Shown: positions 19,532-29,404, counted from the stretch's first letter. The stretch is 64,000 nt of DNA from an uncultured Planctomycetales bacterium (GCA_964483785.1 CAZACW010000007.1:375-64374); one strand, 5' to 3'. Notes: a model not told the origin generated them from the letters alone. Numbers and translations: made by a program.

Positions 19532-19867
19532 ATGGGATTACAATGCGTAATTAAATTATCAGTCGCTTTCAGACAAGACCCGGAAACGAATCTATTCGTT
19601 GGGTTTTGTCAAGATTTAGGAGTTTATTCTCAAGGGATAACTCACAAAGAAGCAGAAGATGGATTGGCAAGCGCCATTAATTTATTCTTAAAACATGGCG
19701 GTTTTGAAAAATTGATGAAAGAAAAGGGATTTAATACCATCAAGGCCTGCCCTGAAAGGAATTTGGCCATTGCAGGAGATTTAATAGAAAATTACAGTAG
19801 CATAGGTAGCTTTGATTTACCTGCTCAAATCCGAAGGGAAGATGCTGTATGCCAGCCCTGCCACTAA
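19532..19867 (+). CDS. HicB-like (UPF0150) antitoxin-family protein
   Basis: ...VGFCQDLGVYSQGITHKEAEDGLASAINLFL... resembles the HicB N-domain. Confidence 0.45.
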   Translation: MGLQCVIKLSVAFRQDPETNLFVGFCQDLGVYSQGITHKEAEDGLASAINLFLKHGGFEKLMKEKGFNTIKACPERNLAIAGDLIENYSSIGSFDLPAQIRREDAVCQPCH

Positions 19868-20121
19868 TTCCGCCTAAGGCATTATTAGAAATATTGTTAA
19901 AATATGCCTATGAAATTGTCGACGAAGATGCTTTTTGTTGGGTATTACGGCGAGGGGAGGAGCTGCCATTAATCCTAACAAAAAGAGGCCACGTGGTTAC
20001 AAGAGACTTCATGGAAGCCGCCCTTAAGCAAGCTAAAATGGACAATCTTACGTATTTTAAATTTTTAAAAGAGGTTTGCCCAGAAACTATTGCTGGTATG
20101 ACCATCGAAGAAAAATCTTGA
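19849..20121 (+). CDS. HicA/YcfA-like small protein (possible degenerate toxin partner), overlapping the upstream gene by 19 nt
   Basis: Weak HicA-like pattern (K.LLEIL...W.L.R.G..........G.L....LKQA) without the canonical GSH motif. Confidence 0.3.
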   Translation: MPALPLIPPKALLEILLKYAYEIVDEDAFCWVLRRGEELPLILTKRGHVVTRDFMEAALKQAKMDNLTYFKFLKEVCPETIAGMTIEEKS

Positions 20122-20232
20122 CCCCGTTTTGCATATCATTTTATATCATTCTTTCGAATTGACCCACTACCCTGATTTTGTGCAGCACGTAGCAAAATAG
20201 CTGTGTTTCAAGGACTTGGCGCGGTTTCTTCT

Positions 20233-20619
20233 TTAGGCCTCTTCGCTTAAGATACGTCCCAGGATCTTGCTGTCTAAGGCATCAGCCATCTGTTCCATAT
20301 GGCCGTCCATCCACTGGATCCAGGGCCTGCTTTTAAGCGTCTCGATGGAAAAGAGCGCCCCGCACAGATAGCGCTCGCCCTGCGCCCCGATCCTGCGAAA
20401 CCACACCAGGTTTCCTTGCGCGGGAAAGCTCGGCACGCCTTCCACACTGAAATTCATTTTCAATCCGTCTTCGGCTTTGAATAATCTGTCCGTGACAAAA
20501 AGCATTCCCGGCAGGCTGATGTTTAAAATAATGCCCTGGCCCTGCGCTTTTTGGCTGGGCACGGTCCAATGAACATCCAATTGCTTGCGCAGGCGGAAAT
20601 GTTGGCGGCGGTTGATCAT
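20233..20619 (-). CDS. PilZ-domain c-di-GMP-binding protein
   Basis: RRQHFRLR ... NISLPGMLF (RxxxR and D/NxSxxG motifs). Confidence 0.65.
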   Translation of the reverse strand: MINRRQHFRLRKQLDVHWTVPSQKAQGQGIILNISLPGMLFVTDRLFKAEDGLKMNFSVEGVPSFPAQGNLVWFRRIGAQGERYLCGALFSIETLKSRPWIQWMDGHMEQMADALDSKILGRILSEEA

Positions 20620-20640
20620 AACGTGGCCTCCTGATTTAAT

Positions 20641-22116
20641 TTAACGGCGGACCGGATAGATATACGCGAGATCATTCATATCGATGACCACAGCGTTCGG
20701 CAGCAAAGAGTAAGTGTCTCCGGCGTTGGAATAGGTGACGATGCAATGAAGCTCAAAGGGCTCTCCCATGTCGGTCAAGGCCACCCGGATCAGGTCAGGG
20801 ATCTCATAATCATTGATGGCCTTGTTGAAATTATCATAGACCGTCGGCATCCCATTATACCCTACGCCCATGTCTTTTTTGCGAATAATATGGATTTCTT
20901 GCGTTTGGCTGGAGACCTCCTGGGCGATGCGGCTGCGGACAAACATCAATTCAGCATGATTATTCATGACATTCAAGGTAGTGGTGTGATTGGCCATGAC
21001 CAGTCCCCCGCCAAGCAAACAAGCCGGCCATATCAGGGATTTGAAGCGGTTTTCCCTTTTCCATAGCCCTGCCAGCCATTGGCCGCCCTTGTAAACCATG
21101 CCCAATATCACGGCCTGTGCTGCCATAAAATGCTGGGGCATATAATCTCCGTATACTACCCACATTATATTTAATATAAATAATATAGAAAGCAAAGCAA
21201 ACATTCTAAGTATGCTGGTGCTTTTGAACATTGATAATTCAGACAGCACAAAGGCCCCCAGCATAAGATCAATGGCCAGGCCTATGGGTTTTGAACCGTA
21301 GATGTTCCATAAGCTGATGATTTGAGGCAGGCCCTGGGGTAGCAGCGTTCTTAGATGATTGAAGACCAGGGGCCAGCCGAAAAAAACATCATGGCTTGTT
21401 GATTTGATCCGGGCCCAAAAAAACAATTTCAGAGTCAAATAAAACAGCGCCGCGGCCAAAATCCAGATGACGATAAATTTCACCTGGGCGCGCGGGACAA
21501 ACTTTTCTGGCGGCTGAAACAAAACCTGAAAACAGGGCGGCACCAAAATAAAAAAGGTCGATGGAGGGTAGGTGAAAAACGCGGCTTCCACAAGGGCCAG
21601 GGCCAAAAGATACCGCGGTCCTCCCCAAGACGTTTGGGATAAAATCAGGCCGGCGCATAAAGAAATTAACCCGGCCAGGACACAGGGCAGATAAGGGACA
21701 AAGATAAAATCCTGAAAGCCCGGCAGGGTCAGGACCGTTGTTCCCAGGCAAAAAGCCGGGACAGTTTCCAAGCCCGCGGCCCCGGCCAGGACAGCCAGCA
21801 GCGCCGCGCATGCGGCAGCGGCGGCAATGGTCATGAATCTGAGTCTCGCCAGGTCGGTCAAATGCTGGATGGTCTCATAAAAATACTGCTCTATCTCTGC
21901 CAGGATAAAACGGCCTTCGGAAAGGGAATACTCAAACAGCGGGCTGTTCTGGCGATCCAGCGCTTTATTGTAAAACTTATGGAAATACCGGATGCTGTCG
22001 TGATTGATGTAGGTGATATTGACCGTCGGAGCGTAGGCGAGGTACAAGCACAGCAGGCTCCCGGCCCATAGGAGGAAAAACCGTCTCAGGCCTTGAAGGC
22101 AGGATGCATTCGGCAT
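20641..22116 (-). CDS. Polytopic membrane protein of unknown function
   Basis: More than 10 predicted TM helices; no confident family. Confidence 0.4.
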   Translation of the reverse strand: MPNASCLQGLRRFFLLWAGSLLCLYLAYAPTVNITYINHDSIRYFHKFYNKALDRQNSPLFEYSLSEGRFILAEIEQYFYETIQHLTDLARLRFMTIAAAAACAALLAVLAGAAGLETVPAFCLGTTVLTLPGFQDFIFVPYLPCVLAGLISLCAGLILSQTSWGGPRYLLALALVEAAFFTYPPSTFFILVPPCFQVLFQPPEKFVPRAQVKFIVIWILAAALFYLTLKLFFWARIKSTSHDVFFGWPLVFNHLRTLLPQGLPQIISLWNIYGSKPIGLAIDLMLGAFVLSELSMFKSTSILRMFALLSILFILNIMWVVYGDYMPQHFMAAQAVILGMVYKGGQWLAGLWKRENRFKSLIWPACLLGGGLVMANHTTTLNVMNNHAELMFVRSRIAQEVSSQTQEIHIIRKKDMGVGYNGMPTVYDNFNKAINDYEIPDLIRVALTDMGEPFELHCIVTYSNAGDTYSLLPNAVVIDMNDLAYIYPVRR

Positions 22117-22180
22117 GAATTAAAATCTTTGAAGAAAATAAATGGCTTCATTTAGACGAGTTGCGCAACTGGCCGATGAA

Positions 22181-22498
22181 TTACAACACTCCATCCTTAT
22201 TATCAATTGCATCTTGCAAGTAACCTAAAACTATCTTTATCATCTCTTTAACTTTATCATTACAGTTTTTAAATAGCATTATATCTAAAACATCATCCCC
22301 ATATTGTCTAATTGGATCGCTAATGAGTGAATGAATGAAAGACTGCGACGCTCTATCTATTTTATCAAAATTTAGAACCACCTTCTCTCTCTTTTTTAAT
22401 TCAGGCATGATCTCTTCAATACGAATATCTTTGCCAATATCCTTATTCTCGGCGAAGTCCTTATTTCCAATTCTTTCGTAAATATTAATTTCTTTCAT
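22181..22498 (-). CDS. STAS-like DUF4325-family small protein
   Basis: ...REKVVLNFDKIDRASQSFIHSLI... matches the DUF4325 STAS-like pattern; very AT-rich gene. Confidence 0.5.
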   Translation of the reverse strand: MKEINIYERIGNKDFAENKDIGKDIRIEEIMPELKKREKVVLNFDKIDRASQSFIHSLISDPIRQYGDDVLDIMLFKNCNDKVKEMIKIVLGYLQDAIDNKDGVL

Positions 22499-23448
22499 AT
22501 GAATTTTGCCCTTTTATGCGATTTTTTGGTTTTTCTTAATGCGTAATAAATATCCCTAATGGCATCCAGTAATTCCGAATATTCTCTGGTTTGGTCAAGA
22601 CTTATGTCTATGCCGACGAGTGTCCCTTGCCAATAGGGTAATTGATCGGACTTGGAGTGTCTGTCTTCAAATGGGTCTGCATTGAGTTTTACTTTCCCTG
22701 TTTTTTGAGCCAATAACTTATAGAAGCCCTTTCCGCTGTATATAACAAAAAAATCTCTATTCAGATTTGCTATGGACTTGATAAAAAACAAACCCGCGCC
22801 GGCATTTTGCGCGGTCCCGCCAGGGGCACTGGTCGTACCGGTAATACCCGGCCACAATGCCAGGCGGATGGCTTCCAAATCCGTTGTTGCATTGTGCGAT
22901 TGATTTATGGTTCTTTTGATTCCCAACCCTGTATCTGCTATTCCTATACGAATTGAATTGCTTTTTGTGTAAAACTGGGCGCACAGGATCGCTCCATTTT
23001 CTGACAAAGAATGTTCAAGGACATTCCTTCCAAGTTCACTGATGATGTATCCGATTGTTTTTGATTGTTCCGGATCGGAATGTAGAAGGGGTATCATATC
23101 TGTAATAAATTCTGCCAATTCGTCTGATGTACGGACTTGTTTTAATGGAATAAATCTTCCCTCAGAAGCATGTTCTTGTATAACCATATCACAAGGGATA
23201 TTAAGCAACTTATAAAGCCCCATTCTAACTAAATAATGGCTTGATCTTGCCGTCAGTTTATCGATATGAATGTTTTCAGGCTTGACGGTTAGCCCTAATG
23301 ATCCAAGCATTGATAACACAAGAGGATGTACCGATGTCCATTTAGGATTTAATGTTATTTGTAACGAACTTGGATCCATAGGATCAAACCCTTTAAGAAA
23401 AGGGTCTAAATTTCCAAGAAATGCGCTATTGGGGATATGAATTTTCAT
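22495..23448 (-). CDS. GHKL (Bergerat-fold) ATPase, anti-sigma-kinase-like, with an uncharacterised N-domain
   Basis: N-box ELGRNVLEH, G1 IADTGLGI and G2 GAGLFFIKS; its start codon overlaps the stop of the DUF4325 gene, suggesting translational coupling. Confidence 0.55.
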   Translation of the reverse strand: MKIHIPNSAFLGNLDPFLKGFDPMDPSSLQITLNPKWTSVHPLVLSMLGSLGLTVKPENIHIDKLTARSSHYLVRMGLYKLLNIPCDMVIQEHASEGRFIPLKQVRTSDELAEFITDMIPLLHSDPEQSKTIGYIISELGRNVLEHSLSENGAILCAQFYTKSNSIRIGIADTGLGIKRTINQSHNATTDLEAIRLALWPGITGTTSAPGGTAQNAGAGLFFIKSIANLNRDFFVIYSGKGFYKLLAQKTGKVKLNADPFEDRHSKSDQLPYWQGTLVGIDISLDQTREYSELLDAIRDIYYALRKTKKSHKRAKFI

Positions 23449-23455
23449 GGTTTAA

Positions 23456-23511
23456 TTTTACCGGGAATCCCGGTAAAAATCAAGTCAATTTTACCGGGAA
23501 TCCCGGTAAAA
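23456..23511. promoter_or_regulatory. Two copies of the 19-bp palindrome TTACCGGGAATCCCGGTAA, 32 bp apart, each flanked by T/A runs (operator pair or tandem bidirectional terminators)
   Basis: Seen in the sequence 8 bp upstream of the GHKL ATPase start and ~110 bp downstream of the AAA ATPase stop. Confidence 0.5.
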
Positions 23512-23618
23512 TTGAAATAAATAAAAAATCCATAAAAAAAGACGTAACTTAATTATTTCTAATTAATTACGTCTTAATTGACTACTGGTTGCCTCATTTG
23601 GACAAGTTGCGTAACTGG

Positions 23619-24767
23619 CTAATGTTTGAAAGTGAACCTTTGCAAAGGAACGGCTGTCACGTCCTTCGATAAGGGATACTCCTCTTTGCCGGGGTAAACA
23701 ATCCAAACATGCTTAAAAGATAGTTCCTGTATTGCCGATTTGATTGAGGCCGTGACCTCGGGGGCTTGGCTGTACTTGACTTCAATCCCATACAAACGGC
23801 CATTATTCTCAAAGACTAAATCCACCTCTCCCCCGGTGTGAACCCCCCAAAAATATGACTGGTTCTCCCGTATTCCTAAACACTTAATTACCTCTTCGAG
23901 GGCAAACCCCTCCCAGGAGGTCCCGAGTTTAGGGTGGACCAAAAGACCTTTTTTATTTTCAATGGATAATAGGGCGTGTGCGATGCCTGAATCGCGAAAA
24001 TAAATCTTTGGGGTTTTGATAATCCTTTTCTTCGTATTATAAAACCAAGGCCGGACCTCCCGGATCATGAATGTGGCTGTCAATAAATCCAAATATCTTC
24101 GCGCCGTATGGTCTGAAACGCCCAGACTGCGGCCGATTTCAGAGGCATTGAATAATTGCCCGTGATAATGGGCCAACATGCTCCAGAACCGCTGCAACAT
24201 CCGGGCTGGAATCTGCAAACCTAAATTGGGAATGTCCCTTTCCAAGAATGTGGCAATAAAATCCTGGCGCCAATGGAAGGAATCTTTGTCTGTCCGGGCT
24301 AAATAAGAACGCGGAAACCCCCCCCTTAGCCACAGCGCTTCCATTTTGCCTGGCGGGACAAGTTCGCGGTGAAATCCGGAAATCTCCATAAAGGCAATGC
24401 GTCCCGCCAATGTTTCAGAACTTTGTCTCAGCAGATGCGGCGAGGCGCTGCCCAAGATCAAATATTTAACGTGCTTGGCCCGGTCGGATAAAACGCGCAA
24501 AACAGGAAATATCTCCGGCGCCCGCTGGATTTCATCAATAACAACAACACCCTTCAGATCATTTAAAGCAGTTAAAGGGTCTGCCAGCCGTTGGATATCT
24601 TTGGGGTTTTCACAATCAAAGAAATGGACATCGGATTTGATTTGCCGCACAATTTGATGAGAAAGGGTGGTCTTGCCGCATTGCCGGGGCCCCAACAATG
24701 CTACGACGGGGTTGGATTTCAGCAGTTGTTTCGCTTGATCTATTTCAGCATGTCTTATTATCTGCAT
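23619..24767 (-). CDS. AAA+ ATPase with a DUF4143-type C-domain (COG1373)
   Basis: Walker A LLGPRQCGKTTL and the DUF4143-like tail. Confidence 0.65.
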   Translation of the reverse strand: MQIIRHAEIDQAKQLLKSNPVVALLGPRQCGKTTLSHQIVRQIKSDVHFFDCENPKDIQRLADPLTALNDLKGVVVIDEIQRAPEIFPVLRVLSDRAKHVKYLILGSASPHLLRQSSETLAGRIAFMEISGFHRELVPPGKMEALWLRGGFPRSYLARTDKDSFHWRQDFIATFLERDIPNLGLQIPARMLQRFWSMLAHYHGQLFNASEIGRSLGVSDHTARRYLDLLTATFMIREVRPWFYNTKKRIIKTPKIYFRDSGIAHALLSIENKKGLLVHPKLGTSWEGFALEEVIKCLGIRENQSYFWGVHTGGEVDLVFENNGRLYGIEVKYSQAPEVTASIKSAIQELSFKHVWIVYPGKEEYPLSKDVTAVPLQRFTFKH

Positions 24768-24831
24768 GCTATAAGCATACCATGAAAATTCGACATATCA
24801 ATTCGAATTCTCATGAAGATTAAAGTTTTAA

Positions 24832-24902
24832 TTGCCTCGCTTGGACTCGAACCAAGATACTGAGATCCAGAATCTCATGTCCTACCATTAGACGACAAGG
24901 CA
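24832..24902 (-). tRNA. tRNA-Gln (CUG)
   Basis: Hand-folded cloverleaf: 7-bp acceptor, anticodon loop uuCUGga, T-loop GGTTCGAGTCC. Confidence 0.8.
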
Positions 24903-24906
24903 ATAG

Positions 24907-26202
24907 CTACACAAAGGTCTCTTTAAGCCGGCGCACGGTGCGTTCCCTGCCCAATACGGCCATGGTGTCAAACAGGCCAGGGCCCACGGCCTTGCCGGTC
25001 AGGGCCACCCGCACCGGATGCACCAGATGGCCTGCTTCAACGCCCAATTGGCTGACTACACCGCGAAACGCTTCTTCCGCGCTTTTGACGTTAAAATCAC
25101 CGACGCTGTTTAAGCGGTCGGCCAGCAAATGAAATTCCTTGCCCAGGTTCTGGGCAAGGTGCTTGTCCCTGACCCCTTCCTCAAAAACCACCTTATCCTT
25201 AAAGAGAAAGCCGGTCCAGTCCAGAAAATCCAAAAGCGTGTTCATGCGGCCTTTGTACAATTGTACCACATGCTCAAAATCTCTTTCCTGGATTTGGGCC
25301 TCGGGATATTGGGCCGCCACCAACGGCCTTAATAACCCGGCCAATTGCGGCGTATCCATTTCCTTGATGTACTGGCTGTTGAGCCACTGCAGTTTTTCCA
25401 GCGAAAAGGCGGCGCCGGCCTTGTTGATTTTTTTGATGGAAAAATTCTTCAGCGCCGCGGCCATGGCGATTTTTTCCTGATTATTCCCCGGCGACCAGCC
25501 CAAGAGCATCAGGTAATTGACCACGGCCTGCGGCAAATAGCCCTGGGCGCGGTATTCGGTCACCGCGGTAGCCCCTGCCCTTTTGGACATGCGCCCGCCT
25601 TCGGGGTCCAGGATCAAGGGCAGGTGCGCAAATTTGGGCACTTTAAAACCCAACGCCTCATAAATCAAAATTTGCTTCGGGGTATTGGATATATGGTCTT
25701 CCCCGCGGATCACGCAGGAAATGCCCATCAAGGCATCGTCGATGACGCAGGCAAAGCTGTAGGTGGGCGAGCCGTCGGATTTCATCAGCACCTGGTCCTT
25801 GATTTCCTTGCTCTCAACGACAATCTCATCCCGGATCAGATCATAGACCTTGATGGTTTTCTCCGGCACCTTAAGCACCACGGCCTCGCCGTCCTTATAA
25901 GCCTTGCCCTCGGCCAAAAGTTTTTCCGCGTAAGGCCTGTAAATTTCAAAACGCTCGCTTTGCTTATAAAACTCATCCCATTCCAGGCCCAGCCATTTCA
26001 TGCTGTCTAAAATTTCATCCAGATATTCCTGCTGGGAGCGGACCTTGTCCGTGTCTTCAATGCGCAGAATAAAGACGCCGCCCTGGGCCTTGGCGTACAT
26101 CCAGTTAAACAGCGCGGTGCGCGCTCCCCCGATATGCAGGAATCCCGTCGGAGAAGGGGCGAAACGCACACGCAGAGGGGATGCCGGGGCAGGCTGGGTC
26201 AT
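24907..26202 (-). CDS. gltX: Glutamyl-tRNA synthetase (short form)
   Basis: HIGH (FLHIGGARTA) and KMSKS-like (RMSKRAG) motifs. Confidence 0.9.
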   Translation of the reverse strand: MTQPAPASPLRVRFAPSPTGFLHIGGARTALFNWMYAKAQGGVFILRIEDTDKVRSQQEYLDEILDSMKWLGLEWDEFYKQSERFEIYRPYAEKLLAEGKAYKDGEAVVLKVPEKTIKVYDLIRDEIVVESKEIKDQVLMKSDGSPTYSFACVIDDALMGISCVIRGEDHISNTPKQILIYEALGFKVPKFAHLPLILDPEGGRMSKRAGATAVTEYRAQGYLPQAVVNYLMLLGWSPGNNQEKIAMAAALKNFSIKKINKAGAAFSLEKLQWLNSQYIKEMDTPQLAGLLRPLVAAQYPEAQIQERDFEHVVQLYKGRMNTLLDFLDWTGFLFKDKVVFEEGVRDKHLAQNLGKEFHLLADRLNSVGDFNVKSAEEAFRGVVSQLGVEAGHLVHPVRVALTGKAVGPGLFDTMAVLGRERTVRRLKETFV

Positions 26203-26570
26203 GCCTTGTTCCCTTTGTGCTCAAGGGCCAGGATCTCGGAGACCTTGCCCTCAAGAAAGGCGGTCTTGATTTCCCCTAAGGGCTCGAACTGAATGCCCAC
26301 GTTGTGGAATTTTTTGCTTTCACTGCCGGAATGGATCACCACCCCGCTGCATTTGAAGGGGGTCGTGGTGTTGGAGAATAAAAGCTGGATATCGACCTTG
26401 GTCCCCACCCGGACCGATTGGTTTAGATGGACGCTTAAACCGCCCACGCCGATATTGGAAGTATTGGCCAGGATGGTCTCCTGCATGCCGCTGGCCACCC
26501 AAAGCGTCAGATAACAGGGATAATTGGCCCTGGGATATTTTCGCCGATTGTTGCTCAACATAGACGTCAA
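26199..26570 (-). CDS. PilZ-domain protein
   Basis: RRKYPR...NIGVGGLSV. Confidence 0.6.
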   Translation of the reverse strand: MTSMLSNNRRKYPRANYPCYLTLWVASGMQETILANTSNIGVGGLSVHLNQSVRVGTKVDIQLLFSNTTTPFKCSGVVIHSGSESKKFHNVGIQFEPLGEIKTAFLEGKVSEILALEHKGNKA

Positions 26571-26959
26571 ATGTAGGGTTTGGAAAGCGGCGTGCCCTTG
26601 GCCACCAGGCGCTGCAGAACATCGGCCAAGTACGCGCGGTCGTGTTTGGCCAAGTCCGTGAATTCGACGCCGATATCATAAAACATGGGCTTGACCTTTT
26701 CGATGGATTTGCGGCGCACGATCCAGACCACCTTGCCCTTGGCCTTGATGTGCTCGTTGCTGTCTAAAAGGTCCACTTCCAGCTCCACGGGGGTAAAGAG
26801 GCGGATCTCCTGTTTGAGGATAAAGCACAGGCCGCCCTGCCCGATATTTTCCGTGTGCGTCAACAGCGGCAGCTGCGCCCCGTCGGCCGAAAGCACCTTG
26901 ATCATGCATGGATACATCACCCTGGGGAATTTCCTGCGGTCCATGCCTTCCCAGCTCAT
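26567..26959 (-). CDS. PilZ-domain protein
   Basis: RRKFPR...NIGQGGLCF. Confidence 0.6.
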   Translation of the reverse strand: MSWEGMDRRKFPRVMYPCMIKVLSADGAQLPLLTHTENIGQGGLCFILKQEIRLFTPVELEVDLLDSNEHIKAKGKVVWIVRRKSIEKVKPMFYDIGVEFTDLAKHDRAYLADVLQRLVAKGTPLSKPYI

Positions 26960-26996
26960 AACCTTCTCCGATCGTTGATGGTCTTATGTCCACCGC

Positions 26997-27770
26997 TTAA
27001 ATGCGCTTGATCTGCCTGGCCCGGCCGCTGTTGGCATCCACCTGGACCATGACGCCGTGCAGCTCGGCCTCCCCTTGCGCCACATCGAATTTCTGGGGCA
27101 TGCTGGTCAAAAAACGGGTGATGATCTTGGTCTTGTCCTGGCCGATCACGGAATCGTAAGGCCCGCTCATCCCCAAATCCGTGATATACCCTGTTTGCTG
27201 GGGCAGGATTTTTTCATCCGCGGTCTGCACATGCGTGTGCGTGCCGAAGACTAACGAGACCTTACCGTCGGCAAAATGCCCCATGGCCACCTTTTCGCTG
27301 GTGGTCTCCGCGTGCATGTCCACGATGATCACCGGAGTCTGTACAGCGATCTTGGCCGCGATGGCCTCCAGCGCCAGAAAAGGGCAGTTGACATTATAAC
27401 GCATAAAGGTGCGGCCCAAAAGGTTTATTACGCCCACCTTGGCCCCGTTGGAGGCCGCGGCCACGGCCCAGCCCGCGCCTGGGGCCCCGTCGGGGAAATT
27501 GGCCGGCCGGATGATCTTGTGCGTGTGTTCCTGCAGGTAAGGATAGATTTCAGGCTTGTCCCAGGCATGGTCGCCCAGGGTGATGACATCGACGCCGCAG
27601 GCGAAGATCTCCTCCGCGTTTTTGGGTGTCAGGCCGCAGCCGCCGGAAGCGTTCTCGGCGTTGGCGATGACAAAATCAATGCTGTGTTCTTGCTTGAGTT
27701 TGGGCAGGGCCTTGGCCAGCGCCTCCCGGCCCGGCTGGCCTACGATATCACCTATACAAAGAATATTCAT
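26997..27770 (-). CDS. ymdB: YmdB-family metallophosphoesterase (2',3'-cyclic-nucleotide phosphodiesterase)
   Basis: MNILCIGDIVG...GDHAWDK... calcineurin-like motifs; lies in the conserved position next to rny. Confidence 0.8.
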   Translation of the reverse strand: MNILCIGDIVGQPGREALAKALPKLKQEHSIDFVIANAENASGGCGLTPKNAEEIFACGVDVITLGDHAWDKPEIYPYLQEHTHKIIRPANFPDGAPGAGWAVAAASNGAKVGVINLLGRTFMRYNVNCPFLALEAIAAKIAVQTPVIIVDMHAETTSEKVAMGHFADGKVSLVFGTHTHVQTADEKILPQQTGYITDLGMSGPYDSVIGQDKTKIITRFLTSMPQKFDVAQGEAELHGVMVQVDANSGRARQIKRI

Positions 27771-27832
27771 TGTGAGCGAGGACCGCCGGCGTTAAAAATT
27801 CGACCAAAAGCGAAAAACAATAAATTTATCCA

Positions 27833-29404
27833 TTATTTGGCATATTCAATAGCACGGATCTCCCTGACCACCATGACCTTGATATGCCCGGGATATTCCA
27901 TCTCTTCCTCGATCTTCTTGCGGATGTCCCGCGCCATGTTCACGGCCTCATCGTCGTTGACCTTCTCCGGCATCACCACCACGCGGATCTCGCGGCCGGC
28001 TTGCAGAGCGTAGGATTTCTCGACGCCTTTAAACGAGTTGGAAATCTTCTCCAAATTCTCCAGGCGCTTGATGTAGGTTTCCATGCTCTCGGCCCTGGCC
28101 CCCGGGCGCGCGGCGCTGATGGCATCCGCGGCGGAAACCAGGATCCCGTACACCGTGTTCATTTCCACCTCGCCGTGATGGCTTTCCACGGCATAGGCCA
28201 CCTCTTCGGATTCCCCGTATTTGCGCGCCAGCCTTGCCCCCACGATGGCATGGGTGCCTTCTTCCACGTCGGAGGAAACCACCTTGCCGATATCATGCAA
28301 AAGGCCGGAGCGCTTGGCAATCTTGACATCCACCCCCAGTTGATGGGCCATGATGCCCATGAGCTTGGCCACCTCGATGGAGTGGTTAAGGCCGTTCTGG
28401 CCGAAGGAGGTGCGGTAGCGCAGGCGGCCGACCAATTTGATCAGCTCCGGGTGCATGCCGTGGATCCCCAGCTCCAGGGCCGCGCGCTCGCCGTCTTCCT
28501 TGATTTTCTTCTCTAGGTCGGCCTTGGCCTTCTCCACCACTTCCTCGATCCGTCCGGGATGGATGCGCCCGTCGGTAATCAGCGATTCTAAGGCCATGCG
28601 CGCGATTTCGCGGCGCATCATGTCAAAGCCGGAAATGGTCACGGCCTCCGGCGTGTCGTCGATGATGATGTCCACCCCCGTGGCCTGTTCCAAGGTGCGG
28701 ATATTGCGGCCCTCGCGGCCGATGATGCGGCCCTTCATCTCATCCGAAGGCAGGGGCACGACGGAAATCGTGGTCTCGGCCGTGTGGTCCGAGGCACAGC
28801 GCTGGATGGCGGTGCTGATGATCTCCCGCGCCTTTTTGTCTGCATTTTCCTTGATCTCCTCGTTGATCTGGCGCAAACGCAGGGCCTTTTCGTTGAGCAG
28901 TTCTTCCTCGATGCGCCGCAGCAAAAGCTGGCGGGCCTCTTCGGCCGAAAGCTTGGCGATGGTGTGCAGGTGCTCTTTTTCCTGGGTCAGGACGCGGGTC
29001 AACTCTTCGTCCTTTTGTTTGACGTTCGTTTCATTGCGGATCAAAGACTCCAGGCGCAGGGCCATGTCCTTTTCCTTCTTCTCCAGCAAATCGACACGCT
29101 TGTCTAAGCTTTCCTCGCGCTGCAGGACGCGCTTTTCCATGCTGCTTAATTCGTCGCGCCGCTCCTTGGTCTCCTTCTCAAAATCCTGGCGCATCTTGAT
29201 CAAAAGGTCCTTGGCCTGCAGTTCCGCTTCCTTGCGGATGGTCTCTGATTCGCGCTGGGCCATGTCCCTGATCCCGTTGGCGTCCTTGTGCGCCTGGTCC
29301 AGGCGGCGATGGCCCAAAATCCTGTTGAGGTAAAAACCGACGATGACAAAGACGATGGCGGCAAAAACAAAGACCAGTGCCTGGCCGATAGCGTAGCTTT
29401 CCAT
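27833..29404 (-). CDS. rny: Ribonuclease Y
   Basis: N-terminal TM, coiled coil, KH domain, and HD domain (HSIEVAKL...HDIGK). Confidence 0.9.
   Translation of the reverse strand: MESYAIGQALVFVFAAIVFVIVGFYLNRILGHRRLDQAHKDANGIRDMAQRESETIRKEAELQAKDLLIKMRQDFEKETKERRDELSSMEKRVLQREESLDKRVDLLEKKEKDMALRLESLIRNETNVKQKDEELTRVLTQEKEHLHTIAKLSAEEARQLLLRRIEEELLNEKALRLRQINEEIKENADKKAREIISTAIQRCASDHTAETTISVVPLPSDEMKGRIIGREGRNIRTLEQATGVDIIIDDTPEAVTISGFDMMRREIARMALESLITDGRIHPGRIEEVVEKAKADLEKKIKEDGERAALELGIHGMHPELIKLVGRLRYRTSFGQNGLNHSIEVAKLMGIMAHQLGVDVKIAKRSGLLHDIGKVVSSDVEEGTHAIVGARLARKYGESEEVAYAVESHHGEVEMNTVYGILVSAADAISAARPGARAESMETYIKRLENLEKISNSFKGVEKSYALQAGREIRVVVMPEKVNDDEAVNMARDIRKKIEEEMEYPGHIKVMVVREIRAIEYAK

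Noticed and set aside
28437-29333. 298-aa + strand ORF inside rny
   Set aside because: Antisense to RNase Y; the Ser/Arg-rich nonsense composition is typical of a high-GC antisense frame. The same reasoning applies to 27276..28013, 25345..26010, 30111..30770, 30565..31143, 36480..37103, 41915..42640, 11934..12587, 59697..60506, 54066..54749, 52917..53477, 9585..10070 and 10115..10804.
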